Positions 1 through 9,366 of a DNA stretch of 64,000 nt are shown piece after piece. Numbering within the stretch: the stretch's first letter is position 1; each line of letters begins with the position of its first letter. The DNA lies in NCBI GenBank assembly GCA_030429235.1, contig JAUIDB010000001.1, positions 157,696 through 221,695 on the forward strand. Direction: 5' to 3'. Source of the stretch: Thermoanaerobaculia bacterium. GTDB taxonomy: Bacteria > Acidobacteriota > Thermoanaerobaculia > Multivoradales > JAIOJS01. The notes under the pieces were generated by a model that made no database searches, had not been told where the DNA came from, and was given only the letters and a program-made list of their open reading frames with translations. Position numbers and translations under genes: made by a program.

Positions 1-575
1 CGACCGAGGTGGAAGACGGTGGGCGGGGTGGCCGCGACGAAGGTCGCCGTCACCCAGCGGGTGACCAGGGCCGCCTGAGGCAGCTCCCCCTCGACTCCCC
101 AGACCCGCCGAGCGAGAAGCGCGGTGAGGTCGGGGAACAGGCTGGCGGCCCAGAGGGCGATCGCATCCAGCGTGTAGAGCAGGTGGGGGTAGATGAACCA
201 GGGCCGGAGGAGTCGTCCCTCGTTCATCCTCTGAGCGTTGGCGAGGAAGGTCCCCTCGTCGCCGAAGTACCGGCCCCCCAGCTCGTGTTCGAGTCCCACG
301 AACGCGGTGACGAGACCGACCAGCGTGAGGCCGAGCAAGCACCTACCTTGCGCCGGGCTGAGGTCGAAGACCTCACCTCGCAGCAGGCGCCGACTCAGGC
401 GGAGTCCGTGGAAGGCCAGCGCGAGGACCAGCAGGACGACCAGCAGGCGGCTGAGGATGGCCGGCGGAGCGTGTCCGGTCGCGCTCGCGAGCCAGGCCGC
501 TCCGACGCTCAGGGCCAGGAGCAGCGGGCCGGCCGGTCCCGACCTCATGAGCCGGGCAAGCGAGCGTTTCGACAT
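1..575 (-). CDS. GT-C fold membrane glycosyltransferase (PMT/ArnT-like), N-terminal ~190 aa. The gene runs off the left edge of the window.
   Basis: Reverse-strand translation from ATG (cat at 573-575) gives a multi-TM protein: MSKRSLARLMRSGPAGPLLLALSVGAAW...YFGDEGTFLANAQRMNEGRLLRPWFIYPHLLYTLDAIALW. The first periplasmic loop carries the Asp-Glu motif typical of GT39/GT83 (PMT/ArnT) enzymes. It starts 22 nt downstream of the sulfatase-like gene's stop on the same strand. The ORF track omits it because it is open to the window edge. Confidence 0.45.
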   Translation of the reverse strand, partial: MSKRSLARLMRSGPAGPLLLALSVGAAWLASATGHAPPAILSRLLVVLLVLALAFHGLRLSRRLLRGEVFDLSPAQGRCLLGLTLVGLVTAFVGLEHELGGRYFGDEGTFLANAQRMNEGRLLRPWFIYPHLLYTLDAIALWAASLFPDLTALLARRVWGVEGELPQAALVTRWVTATFVAATPPTVFHLG

Positions 576-596
576 GAGCTCTGGCGGTTTCCTGTC

Positions 597-2015
597 CTAG
601 TCGTTGATATAGCCCAGCGCCTTGAGAGCGTCGAGGGTCTCCTGGCTGTAGGCCTCGACCTCCTGGCGAGAGCGGCGAATCCAGTTCTCTCCCTTCATCC
701 ACTCCTTGAGCAGGCGGCGGAGGCGACGGAACTCCGCCGTCTCCTCCTCCAGGAGATTCCGCGTCTCGCCGGGGTCGTTCTCGAGGTCGTAGAGCTCCCA
801 CCGGGCCTCTCGTCGTTTGGCTCCCTGGCCCATCGGCGGATGGAAGATCAGCTTGTAGCGATCCTCCTGCACCGACCGGAAGTGGGTGGTGGGCGAGCCA
901 CCTCCCGCCTGGGCAAAGGCTGGCGGCGCGGGCTCGGGAGCGTCGCCCCGGAGGTCGCCTACCAGACTCCTGCCCTCGATGCCCGGGATCGGCTCTTCGG
1001 CGGGGGCAAACCACTCCCAGAGCGTGGGGAGGAGGTCGACCATCTGCACCGGGTGCTCGACGCGCCGCGGGGGGAGCGATCCATCGGGCCGCCAGAAGAT
1101 CAACGGCACGTGGGCTCCCGGGTTGTACGGTAGTCGGCCGTGCCCGAAGTAGTAGCCGTGTTCGCCCAGACTCTCGCCATGGTCCGCGGTGAACACGACC
1201 AGCGAGTCCTGCAGGATTCCGAGTTCGTCGAGGTGGTCGAGCAGGAGCGCCATGTGGTCGTCGGTGAAGCGGATATTGGCGTCGTACTGGGCGACATAGT
1301 GTTTGAGGTCGCGTCGATCATCGAGAGCAGTGGCCTCGGGGTTGAACAGCTGGACCGGCTCGTCGCCGACGTACCAGGGGTCGCCGACGAAGGGATTCTC
1401 GACCCCTTCGGGGAGGTAGTACGGCGCGTGGGGGTCCGAATAGTGGATCCAGGCAAAGAGGCGGCTCGCGTCGCGGTGCTCGGTCAAGAGCGGGAGGGCC
1501 AGCTGGTTCACGACCCGCGCGTTGAGCCAGCGCCGATACTCTCGCGGGTCGGAGGAGGATTCCGGAGCCAAAGTCCAGGTCTCGGCGTAGGAGTCGAAGC
1601 CGCGATTCCAGCCCAGCCGTGCCCCGAGCACCCCGTTCGACACCACGCCGACCGTTTCGAAGTCGAGTTTCTTCATCGCCACCGGAAGGGTGAAGTAGGC
1701 CTCCGGGATCGAGAGGGCCGCCTTGTGGGTCAACCCGGTGGTCTGCGGGAATTGACCGGTGAAGATCGAGGCGAAGGAGGGCCCCGTCTTCGGCCACTGC
1801 GCCACGGCGCGTTCGAAGACCACGCCCTGGCGGGCGATCTCGGCCAGACGGGGAGAGGTGTCGCGCGGATAGCCGTAGGCCGACAGATGGTCGGCCCGCA
1901 GGGTGTCGACGGTGATCAGGATCAGATGGTCCGGCGCCGCCCCGTCCGAGGTGGGACGACAGGCGGCGGTGAGCGCGGCGACGGCGAGGGCGAACAGGGG
2001 CAGGTATCGGGGCAT
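597..2015 (-). CDS. Sulfatase-family (alkaline-phosphatase superfamily) lipoprotein. The Cys/Ser-X-Pro-X-Arg formylglycine motif is replaced by T-G-P-S-F.
   Basis: Sulfatase N-terminal signature ITVDTLRADHLSAYGY...GVVFERAVAQWPKTGPSFASIFTGQ. Lipobox-like signal MPRYLPLFALAVAALTAAC. Start ATG at 2013-2015; the track ORF 597..2099 carries a 28-aa upstream extension. Confidence 0.75.
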   Translation of the reverse strand: MPRYLPLFALAVAALTAACRPTSDGAAPDHLILITVDTLRADHLSAYGYPRDTSPRLAEIARQGVVFERAVAQWPKTGPSFASIFTGQFPQTTGLTHKAALSIPEAYFTLPVAMKKLDFETVGVVSNGVLGARLGWNRGFDSYAETWTLAPESSSDPREYRRWLNARVVNQLALPLLTEHRDASRLFAWIHYSDPHAPYYLPEGVENPFVGDPWYVGDEPVQLFNPEATALDDRRDLKHYVAQYDANIRFTDDHMALLLDHLDELGILQDSLVVFTADHGESLGEHGYYFGHGRLPYNPGAHVPLIFWRPDGSLPPRRVEHPVQMVDLLPTLWEWFAPAEEPIPGIEGRSLVGDLRGDAPEPAPPAFAQAGGGSPTTHFRSVQEDRYKLIFHPPMGQGAKRREARWELYDLENDPGETRNLLEEETAEFRRLRRLLKEWMKGENWIRRSRQEVEAYSQETLDALKALGYIND

Positions 2016-2161
2016 GATCGAGGGTCTTGGTGGTGGTTGGGCCGAGCCTTCGGCCGGGGACTCGGGGCTCGATTCCACGAGCCGCCGTCGGCCGCCCAAT
2101 CTAGCATGCTCCGGGTCCAGCGAGACGCCTGATCGCCGCGGTTCCGTTAGACTCAGCCGCC

Positions 2162-4363
2162 ATGGCGCGCCCCGTGCAGCGAGTGCTTCTCGCCCTTTCC
2201 CTCTTCCTTCTCGCCCTGCCCCTGGTCCTGGTCAAGCCGGGGGTACCCTCGGGTCTGAAGGCGGACGAAGCGGCGTACTACATGATGGCCCAGAGCCTGG
2301 CGTTCGACGGAGACCTGGTGCTCGAGGTGGACGACATCAACCGTGCCTTCGACGAGTTTCCCTTTCGGTCGATCACCAATCTGATCCTGATGACCGATGA
2401 CGGTTGGCAGACCGCTCTGTTTGGCAAGCCGTACATCTACTCGGCCTTTGCGGCGCCTTTCGTGCGGCTCTTCGGAGCCAACGGCCTACTGTTCTTCAAC
2501 ATGGCGCTCCTGCTGGCCATGGTCTGGATGGGCACGCTGTACCTGGCGCGGCGTACCGAGCCGGCACTGGCCGCCCTCTTCTCTACGGGTTTTTTCCTCG
2601 CCAGCGCCGGGTTTGCTTACGTCTTCTGGCTCCAGCCCGAGGTGTTCAACATGGCCTCGGTGACGGCCTGTCTCTTCTTCGGCCTCCATCGACGAGGGGC
2701 GAGCGCCACCCAGCCCTGGCTCTGGATCGTCTTCTCCGGAGCTGCCCTGGCTCCGGCGGTCTACAACAAACCGGTCCTGGCAGCGGTGGGTTTGGGTCCG
2801 TTGGCGGCGCTGCTGCTGGCGCGACAGTGGCGCCGCGCCGCCCTCTGGCTGGTGGCCGCGGTGGTTGCGTTCGGCCTGGTGGTAGGAGTCGCCATCGCCC
2901 TGACCGGGCACCCGACGCCGTATCTCGGTGTCAAACGTCAGGGGGTCACAGTGTGCGAGCCGGGAGTGATGCCCATCGGCCCGGGTCCCGCTGGCGGAGC
3001 CGCCCCCGATGCCGACCGTCCCACCGGTGGCGCCTGGAGTTGGTTGTTCCGAATCCCGTCGGTCGACCCGGTCACGCTGACGGCCAACCTGACCTACTTC
3101 CTGATCGGTCGACACGCCGGTCTTTTTCCCTACTTTCCGTTCGCACTTCTGGCCCTCTTGCTGTTCGCTGCCGACCGCGAGCCGCGACGAGAACGCTGGG
3201 CTCTGCTGGTGGGGATCGTGGTGGTGGCACTCTTCTTCGTCCTCTTCATCCCTCGCAACTGGCAGGGGGGCGGGGGTTTCGTCGGCAATCGCTACTTCGT
3301 CAACGCCTATCCGGCCTTTCTCTTTCTCGTCCGGCGGATTCGCTGGCGTCCGCTGGTGGTGCTGACCTGGGGAGTGGCGGGGCTGCTGCTCGGGCCGCTA
3401 CTGTTCCAACCGCTGGCCCGCAGCGGACCCGAGCCCACACTGCAGTCCCACGTTCGGAACTTCCCGTTCCCCCTGCTTCCGCTCGAACACACGCTGCGCG
3501 AGGTCCCTGGGTACCACGACCAGGTGGTCGGGGGAATCCGCATGAAGGCGCGCAAGGACCTCTTTCTGCCGCGCGGGGGGTCGGCCTGGCTGCGCGGGGC
3601 CAGTCGCACGGAGCTCTGGCTCAGGCCCCCCGAGCCCCTGGTCGCCCCCGTGTTCCTCGTCGCGTCGGAGCGGCCTGGGAACCGCGTGGTCCTAAGCGTC
3701 GATGGGGGGAGCAGGGAAGAGGTGGTGTTGGACGACGGTCGGCCGCAGCGGGTGGTGCTCGCGATGCCCTTGCGCGAGCCCGGAGAGCCGGTCCGCTATC
3801 GCCTCGAAGTCTCGACGGACTCGGGTCGCATCCGCGGCTGGCACCGCACGATGCATCCGAACAGCTGCCCCTACTTCAATGTCAACCCGTCCTACGAAGA
3901 GTCCTTCTTCGTCGGCACCGAACTGACCTACCTGGGGGAACGCCAGCAGCTGGAGACCGAGGTTTGGGGGCTCGAGTGGGGCGCGGTGGCGGTGCCCCCG
4001 GTCGTACAAACCGGCGCGTCGTTTCGGGCCGAGGTCGAAGTGGCCAATCGCAGTGGCGAGGTCTGGCCGACTCGAACGGGAGCGCGAGTGCGACTGAGCT
4101 ATCGCTGGTACTCGGCGAACGGTGAAGTGATCGAGGGTCTTCGCACCGACCTCGAAGCTCCGGTGGCCCCGGGGGAGTGGGTGCGGCAGAGTCAGGAGAT
4201 CGAGGCACCGCGCGCCCCGGGCCGTTACCGGCTCGCTCTCGAGCCGGTCTACGAGTGGGTGGGGTGGTTCTCGGACCATCCGCGCGGTGACCCCTGGGAG
4301 GTCGAGATCGAGGTGGTGGAGGACGTCGAAGGCAGTGCGACGTCGGTTGCCGATGGAGGGTGA
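2162..4363 (+). CDS. GT-C fold membrane glycosyltransferase (PMT_2/ArnT-like) with a ~350-aa C-terminal soluble domain
   Basis: N-terminus MARPVQRVLLALSLFLLALPLVLV...GLKADEAAYYMMAQSLAFDGDL carries the DE motif in loop 1. At least 10 predicted TM segments follow, then a hydrophilic C-terminal half. It is divergent from the sulfatase-like gene. Confidence 0.6.
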   Translation: MARPVQRVLLALSLFLLALPLVLVKPGVPSGLKADEAAYYMMAQSLAFDGDLVLEVDDINRAFDEFPFRSITNLILMTDDGWQTALFGKPYIYSAFAAPFVRLFGANGLLFFNMALLLAMVWMGTLYLARRTEPALAALFSTGFFLASAGFAYVFWLQPEVFNMASVTACLFFGLHRRGASATQPWLWIVFSGAALAPAVYNKPVLAAVGLGPLAALLLARQWRRAALWLVAAVVAFGLVVGVAIALTGHPTPYLGVKRQGVTVCEPGVMPIGPGPAGGAAPDADRPTGGAWSWLFRIPSVDPVTLTANLTYFLIGRHAGLFPYFPFALLALLLFAADREPRRERWALLVGIVVVALFFVLFIPRNWQGGGGFVGNRYFVNAYPAFLFLVRRIRWRPLVVLTWGVAGLLLGPLLFQPLARSGPEPTLQSHVRNFPFPLLPLEHTLREVPGYHDQVVGGIRMKARKDLFLPRGGSAWLRGASRTELWLRPPEPLVAPVFLVASERPGNRVVLSVDGGSREEVVLDDGRPQRVVLAMPLREPGEPVRYRLEVSTDSGRIRGWHRTMHPNSCPYFNVNPSYEESFFVGTELTYLGERQQLETEVWGLEWGAVAVPPVVQTGASFRAEVEVANRSGEVWPTRTGARVRLSYRWYSANGEVIEGLRTDLEAPVAPGEWVRQSQEIEAPRAPGRYRLALEPVYEWVGWFSDHPRGDPWEVEIEVVEDVEGSATSVADGG

Positions 4364-5510
4364 CCGCCGCGATCCGGCCCGCGTCCTGCTCGTGACGCAC
4401 AGCCTCACGACCGGCGGGGCCGAGCGTTTCGCGGCGACGCTGGCCACCCACCTCGATCGCACCGGGTTCCAGCCAGAGCTGTTCGTGGCCAGCGATGGGC
4501 TCGGCTACTCGGTGCCCGAAGACGTGCTGGTGCGCACCCATGGCTACCGCACCCTCGGCGACCTCTGGCGGGTACGCGGGGAACTCCGCCGCCGTCTCGC
4601 GGCCGCACCGCGGGTCGATGTCGTCCTCTCGAACGTTCTCTCGACCAACTGTCTGACGGGGGTCAGCCGGGGGCGCCGAGGGGTACCCTGGGTGGCCCGG
4701 GTCGGCCTGGCCCCTGAGCGGGGGGACCGCGGGGTCCAGGGGCTCCTGGCTCGATTCGTCTACCCCTGGGCGACGCAGGTGGTGAGCAACTCGAACGAGA
4801 TGGCGGCGGCGGTCGCCCGGCGCTACCCGAGACTCGGCCGCCCCATCATGGCGGTGCCCAACCCCACCGATTTCGAGCGGCTCGAGCGGCGATCACAACA
4901 GCCACGACCCGAAGCGGCCCGGCGACGGCCCGAAGAGTGTGTGGTGCTCGGGGTCGGGCGATTGACGCCCCAGAAACGGTTCGACCAGGTTCTCCACGCG
5001 GTGGCCGAATTGCGACGGTCGGGGGTATCGGTTCGCCTCTGGTTGGCGGGCCGCGGTCCCGACGAGTCACGCCTGCGCGACCTGGCCGGCGAGCTCGGGG
5101 TCGCGGATGCGGTCGACTGGCTCGGTTTCTGCGACAATCCCTTCCCACTGATGAGAGATGCCGACCTCCTGCTGCAGGCCTCCGACTTCGAGGGCCTACC
5201 GAATGCTCTGATCGAGGCCCAGGGTCTCGGTCTGCCGGCGGTGGCGACGCGCTGCCCCTACGGCCCGGGCGAGATCGTGGTCGATGGCACCACCGGCTAC
5301 CTGGTGCCGGTCGGCGACCGGGCAGCACTGGTCGCGTCGACCCGGCGGGCGCTGGCGTCTCGGGGCGAAAGCGGCGGCTGGCTCGAACGCGCGGGGGCGG
5401 CGGCGCGCCGCACCACACGGCAGCGATTCGGCTTGTCGGCGGTGCTGCCGCAGTGGCAGGAGACCCTGCGGGCCGCGCTCGCTACGGGTTCTACAGCGGG
5501 GAGGCGCTAG
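4353..5510 (+). CDS. Glycosyltransferase family 4 (GT-B, retaining)
   Basis: N-terminus LLVTHSLTTGGAERFAATLATHL. C-terminus EGLPNALIEAQGLGLPAVATRCPYGPGEIVVDGTTGYLV has the EX7E-type GT4 motif. ATG at 4353 overlaps the upstream stop by 11 nt. Confidence 0.75.
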   Translation: MEGDRRDPARVLLVTHSLTTGGAERFAATLATHLDRTGFQPELFVASDGLGYSVPEDVLVRTHGYRTLGDLWRVRGELRRRLAAAPRVDVVLSNVLSTNCLTGVSRGRRGVPWVARVGLAPERGDRGVQGLLARFVYPWATQVVSNSNEMAAAVARRYPRLGRPIMAVPNPTDFERLERRSQQPRPEAARRRPEECVVLGVGRLTPQKRFDQVLHAVAELRRSGVSVRLWLAGRGPDESRLRDLAGELGVADAVDWLGFCDNPFPLMRDADLLLQASDFEGLPNALIEAQGLGLPAVATRCPYGPGEIVVDGTTGYLVPVGDRAALVASTRRALASRGESGGWLERAGAAARRTTRQRFGLSAVLPQWQETLRAALATGSTAGRR

Positions 5511-5513
5511 CCG

Positions 5514-7376
5514 ATGTGCGGAATCGCCGGCCTGGTACGTCCCGCCGGTCAATCGGCCGTACTCGAGGAGGTGGTGGCCATGCGGGACGCGATGGCCCAT
5601 CGTGGTCCCGACGCGGTGGGTCACCTGATCGACGACAACGTGGGTCTGGGCCACCGCCGGCTGTCGGTGATCGATACCTCGAGCGCCGCCGATCAGCCCC
5701 TGTTCAACGAGGATCGGCAGGTCTCGGTCGTCTTCAACGGAGAGATCTTCAACTACGAGGCGTTGTGTGACGAGTTGGCGGCAGCCGGTCACCGCTTCGG
5801 GTCGCGGTCGGACACCGAGGCCCTGGTTCACGGCTGGGAAGAATGGGGACCAGCAGTGGTCAGCCGACTACGCGGACAGTTCGCGTTCGCCCTCTGGGAC
5901 CGTCGGCAACGGACCCTCTTTCTGGCTCGCGATCGGTTCGGTCAGAAGCCCTTGCACTATGCGGCCACCGCCGAGGGTTTTTTCTTCGCCTCCGAGATCA
6001 AGGGACTGCTCGCCCACCCCGCGGTGTCGGCCGAGCTGGACCCGGCCGGCCTCGGCCAGGCGATGGTCTGGGGGCACACCGCGGCCGAGACGACGGCCTA
6101 CGCCGAGATCCGGCGGTTGTTGCCCGGTCACACCCTGACGCTGGCGGTCGACGGGCCGCGCGACCTGCGGATCCTTCCCTACTGGTCCTTCGAGCCCTGC
6201 CCCGACCCGGACCTCGACGCCGAGGCCTGGCTCGAGCAGCTCGACGCCACCATCGCCGAGGCGGTGCGGCTGCGGTTGATCGCCGACGTACCCCTCGGCG
6301 CCTTTCTGTCCGGAGGGATCGACTCGAGTTTGGTGGTGGCTCACATGGTGCGTCAGGCGGGGGGGGCGGTGCGGAGCTTCGCCGTCGGTTTCGCCGAGGG
6401 TGACTACGACGAATCGCAACACGCGGCCGCGGTGGCGGCCCACCTCGGTACCGACCATCGCAGCGATCGAGTCACGCCCGATGCGGTGGCGGTCTTGCCT
6501 CAACTCGTTGCGGCCTACGACGAACCCTACGGCGATGCCTCGGCGATCCCCACCTGGTACCTGTCCCAGAGCACCCGCCGGCACGTCACGGTAGCCCTTT
6601 CCGGAGACGGCGGCGACGAGCTGTTCTTCGGCTACACCCGCTATGCGCAGTCGGCCACCCTGGCTCGGTGGGGCGAGCTGGCGAGCCCGGCGGGACGCCA
6701 GCTGGCGCGTTGGGCGAGCCGCCTGCTGCCACGCGGTAGCTACGTCGGCCGGGCGCTCGATCGCCTTTCGCACACCGACGCCGAACTCTACCTGCACGCG
6801 CTCGGATACTCCTCCGCCCACCTGGCGCTGCTCACGCCGGCGGTGCGCGAGGCGCTCGGGCCGCCGGCGGCCCAGAGGATCGCTCGGCAGTTCGATCGCT
6901 TTGGCGAGTTGCCGTTCGTCGAGCGTTGCCGTTTTGCCGACCTCGGCCACTACATGACCGACGACGTCTTGACCAAGGTCGACCGGGCCTCGATGGCCCA
7001 TTCCTTGGAGGTTCGTTGCCCCCTGCTCGATCACGAAGTGGCCGAGGTGGCGGCGCGTCGACCCGCCGCTCCTCAGATGCAGGGGGGAGTCCTGAAGCGA
7101 TCCTTGCGCGATCTGGCTTATCGGTACGTGCCGAGAGAACTGCTCGACCGACCGAAACAGGGTTTCTCGGTGCCGCTCGAACACTGGTTTCGCGGGCCCT
7201 TGCAGCCGGTCATGCAGGCGGTTCTCGCCGACCAGACGAGTCCGATCTGGGAGTACTACGAGCGGCGTGAGGCGACGCGCCGGTTCTCGCACCACCTCGC
7301 CGGCCGGCTCGACGCCTCGCCGGTGCTCTGGCGGCTTCTGTTCGCCCACGCCTGGGCGGAGCAGCGACTGCGCTAG
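5514..7376 (+). CDS. asnB: Asparagine synthetase family, glutamine-hydrolysing (AsnB-like amidotransferase), of the kind associated with polysaccharide loci
   Basis: MCGIAG N-terminal nucleophile cysteine, a glutamine amidotransferase class-II domain, and the PP-loop SGGIDSS. 620 aa. Confidence 0.85.
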   Translation: MCGIAGLVRPAGQSAVLEEVVAMRDAMAHRGPDAVGHLIDDNVGLGHRRLSVIDTSSAADQPLFNEDRQVSVVFNGEIFNYEALCDELAAAGHRFGSRSDTEALVHGWEEWGPAVVSRLRGQFAFALWDRRQRTLFLARDRFGQKPLHYAATAEGFFFASEIKGLLAHPAVSAELDPAGLGQAMVWGHTAAETTAYAEIRRLLPGHTLTLAVDGPRDLRILPYWSFEPCPDPDLDAEAWLEQLDATIAEAVRLRLIADVPLGAFLSGGIDSSLVVAHMVRQAGGAVRSFAVGFAEGDYDESQHAAAVAAHLGTDHRSDRVTPDAVAVLPQLVAAYDEPYGDASAIPTWYLSQSTRRHVTVALSGDGGDELFFGYTRYAQSATLARWGELASPAGRQLARWASRLLPRGSYVGRALDRLSHTDAELYLHALGYSSAHLALLTPAVREALGPPAAQRIARQFDRFGELPFVERCRFADLGHYMTDDVLTKVDRASMAHSLEVRCPLLDHEVAEVAARRPAAPQMQGGVLKRSLRDLAYRYVPRELLDRPKQGFSVPLEHWFRGPLQPVMQAVLADQTSPIWEYYERREATRRFSHHLAGRLDASPVLWRLLFAHAWAEQRLR

Positions 7377-8248
7377 CCGACCAGGATCTCGAGAGGGTCG
7401 TCGGCGAGGCCGATTCTGACCGGCAGCTTCTCGTCGCAGCGGTCGCCGTCGATCTGGAGTGGCAGGTCGGCGGGTCCGACGAGTTCCAGCGAGGTCACCG
7501 AGCGGTGCTGGACGTCGCGGCGTTTCAGGTGCCGACCCAGCACCAGGTCGCGAGCGAAGCCGAGGGCGGCGAACCGTCCCGGTCCGAAGTGATTGACCAA
7601 CTCGAGCCGCTCGGCTTCGGGCTCGGCGGCCGGCGCCATGACGAAGGCGTGGCCGTACAGCCGGAGGTTGCTGACCACCGCAAAGTGGGAAGGGTGGGCC
7701 TCGCCATCGATCACCACCTCGAAGCGGGGGTAGGGAAAACGCCACCAGACGCCGATGCCGGACACCACGACGGCCAGCTCGCCCCAACGCGCCTTTTGGT
7801 CGCCGTCCATCCGCCGCACCACTTCGGCGTCGTAGCCGGCAGAAGCCATCATCAAGAATGGAGTCGAACCACAGAGCCCGACGTGCCAGCGACGACGGGC
7901 ACCGACGGCGAGCCGACGCGCCGTGGCCACCGGGTTCGAGGGCAGCCCGAGAGATCGAACCAGCACATTGCTCGTGCCCCCGGGCAGGGGGCCGAGGGCG
8001 ACGGGACGACCGAGAAGGCCGCAGGCGACTTCGCGAAGGGTTCCGTCGCCGCCGAGAGCGAAGACGACCTCCACCGCTCCGCTGTCCGCCACCTCGCGCG
8101 CCAAGTCTCCCGCCATCCCCGGACCCTGGGTGGGGTAACCCTCCACTCGCCAGTCCAGCTCTCCCAGCGCCCGGAGTACTGCCCCCGCGGCCTCGGTTCC
8201 CCGGCGACGTCCCGACATCGGGTTGTAGATCAGGGCAGCGCTGGGCAT
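7373..8248 (-). CDS. Diacylglycerol-kinase catalytic-domain lipid kinase (YegS/BmrU family)
   Basis: LIYNPMSGRRRG...FALGGDGTLREVACGL (DAGK_cat motifs). Start ATG in LLMPSAAL at 8246-8248. The track ORF 7373..8488 has a Pro-rich N-terminal extension that I reject. Confidence 0.7.
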   Translation of the reverse strand: MPSAALIYNPMSGRRRGTEAAGAVLRALGELDWRVEGYPTQGPGMAGDLAREVADSGAVEVVFALGGDGTLREVACGLLGRPVALGPLPGGTSNVLVRSLGLPSNPVATARRLAVGARRRWHVGLCGSTPFLMMASAGYDAEVVRRMDGDQKARWGELAVVVSGIGVWWRFPYPRFEVVIDGEAHPSHFAVVSNLRLYGHAFVMAPAAEPEAERLELVNHFGPGRFAALGFARDLVLGRHLKRRDVQHRSVTSLELVGPADLPLQIDGDRCDEKLPVRIGLADDPLEILVG

Positions 8249-8288
8249 CAGGAGCTGGTGAGCGCGGCGCGGCGCCCCGGGCGGATCA

Positions 8289-9320
8289 TCAGAACAGGGT
8301 CCGATTTCGGCCTGGATCGCCGGGGGGATCGAAGCCGAGATGTCGGTAGGCTCTGGCGGTGGCCACGCGGCCGCGAGGCGTACGCTGGAGGAAACCCTCT
8401 TGAATGAGATACGGCTCGTAGAGGTCTTCGAGCGTGCCACGATCCTCGCCGATGGCGGCGGCGATGGCGGCCAGGCCGGCGGGACCACCGGCGTAGTGCT
8501 CGATCAGGGTGGCGAGGATCTTCCGGTCGACCTCGCCGAAGCCGAATTCGTCCACCTCGAGCAGGGCCAGACCGCGCTGTGCCATCGCGTGGTCGATCAC
8601 GCCCTCGCCGTGGACCTCGGCGAAGTCTCGGACGCGACGCAGCAACCGATTGGCGATGCGCGGCGTCCCCCGACTGCGGCGGGCGATCTCCAGCGCCCCT
8701 TCGGGCTCGGTTTCGATGCCGAGGAGGTGGGCCGAACGGGAGACGATTCGGGTGAGATCCTCGGCGCTGTAGAAGTCGAGCCGGTGCACGATCCCGAAGC
8801 GTGCGCGGAGCGGAGCCGTGATCAGACCCGCCCGCGTCGTCGCCGCCACCAGGGTGAAGCGGGGCAGCTCGAGCTTCACGGTACGAGCCGCCGGGCCCTG
8901 GCCGAGGACCAGGTCGAGCTGGAAGTCTTCGAGTGCGGGGTAGAGGATCTCTTCGACCGCCGCCGAGAGACGGTGGATCTCGTCGATGAAGAGGACCTCA
9001 CCCGGCTCGAGGTTGGTCAGGATGGCGGCGAGATCGCCGGCCCTCTCCAGCACCGGGCCCGAGGTGGAGCGCAGCGGCGCGTCCATCTCGTTGGCGATGA
9101 TGTGGGCCAGCGTGGTCTTGCCCAGGCCGGGAGGGCCAAAGAGCAGGACGTGGTCGAGGCATTCACGCCGCCCCTTGGCGGCCTGGATGAAGACCCGAAG
9201 ATTGTCGACTAGCGAGGCCTGACCGACGTAGTCGTCGAGTCGTTGGGGGCGGAGCGTCGTCTCGAGCGACAGCTCGTCGGGGTCGCCGCTGCCGGAGAGG
9301 AGGCGTGGGGTCTCGGTCAC
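8289..9320 (-). CDS. ruvB: Holliday junction branch migration ATPase RuvB
   Basis: Walker [22 protein letters not shown] plus sensor motifs; 343 aa. Confidence 0.95.
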   Translation of the reverse strand: MTETPRLLSGSGDPDELSLETTLRPQRLDDYVGQASLVDNLRVFIQAAKGRRECLDHVLLFGPPGLGKTTLAHIIANEMDAPLRSTSGPVLERAGDLAAILTNLEPGEVLFIDEIHRLSAAVEEILYPALEDFQLDLVLGQGPAARTVKLELPRFTLVAATTRAGLITAPLRARFGIVHRLDFYSAEDLTRIVSRSAHLLGIETEPEGALEIARRSRGTPRIANRLLRRVRDFAEVHGEGVIDHAMAQRGLALLEVDEFGFGEVDRKILATLIEHYAGGPAGLAAIAAAIGEDRGTLEDLYEPYLIQEGFLQRTPRGRVATARAYRHLGFDPPGDPGRNRTLF

Positions 9321-9366
9321 TCGCGGAGTATAGAGGACGGTCGCGAGCTCGAACGAACGGAGCGGG

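Noticed and set aside
9-1133. 374-aa + strand ORF (and 238..600 +, 373..1014 -) at the left edge
   Set aside because: Arg/Gly/Pro-rich composition with no motifs. It lies entirely antisense to the clearly real sulfatase-family gene (597-2015) and the GT-C fragment (1-575). Typical high-GC shadow ORFs.
2404-4125. 573-aa + strand ORF inside the GT-C gene
   Set aside because: Alternative frame of 2162-4363. Arg/Ala/Gly-rich with no TM or motif. Frame +1 encodes a coherent polytopic membrane protein instead.
5868-7787. 639-aa minus-strand ORF spanning asnB
   Set aside because: Antisense to the unmistakable AsnB-family gene (MCGIAG, SGGIDSS). RGP-rich low-complexity translation.
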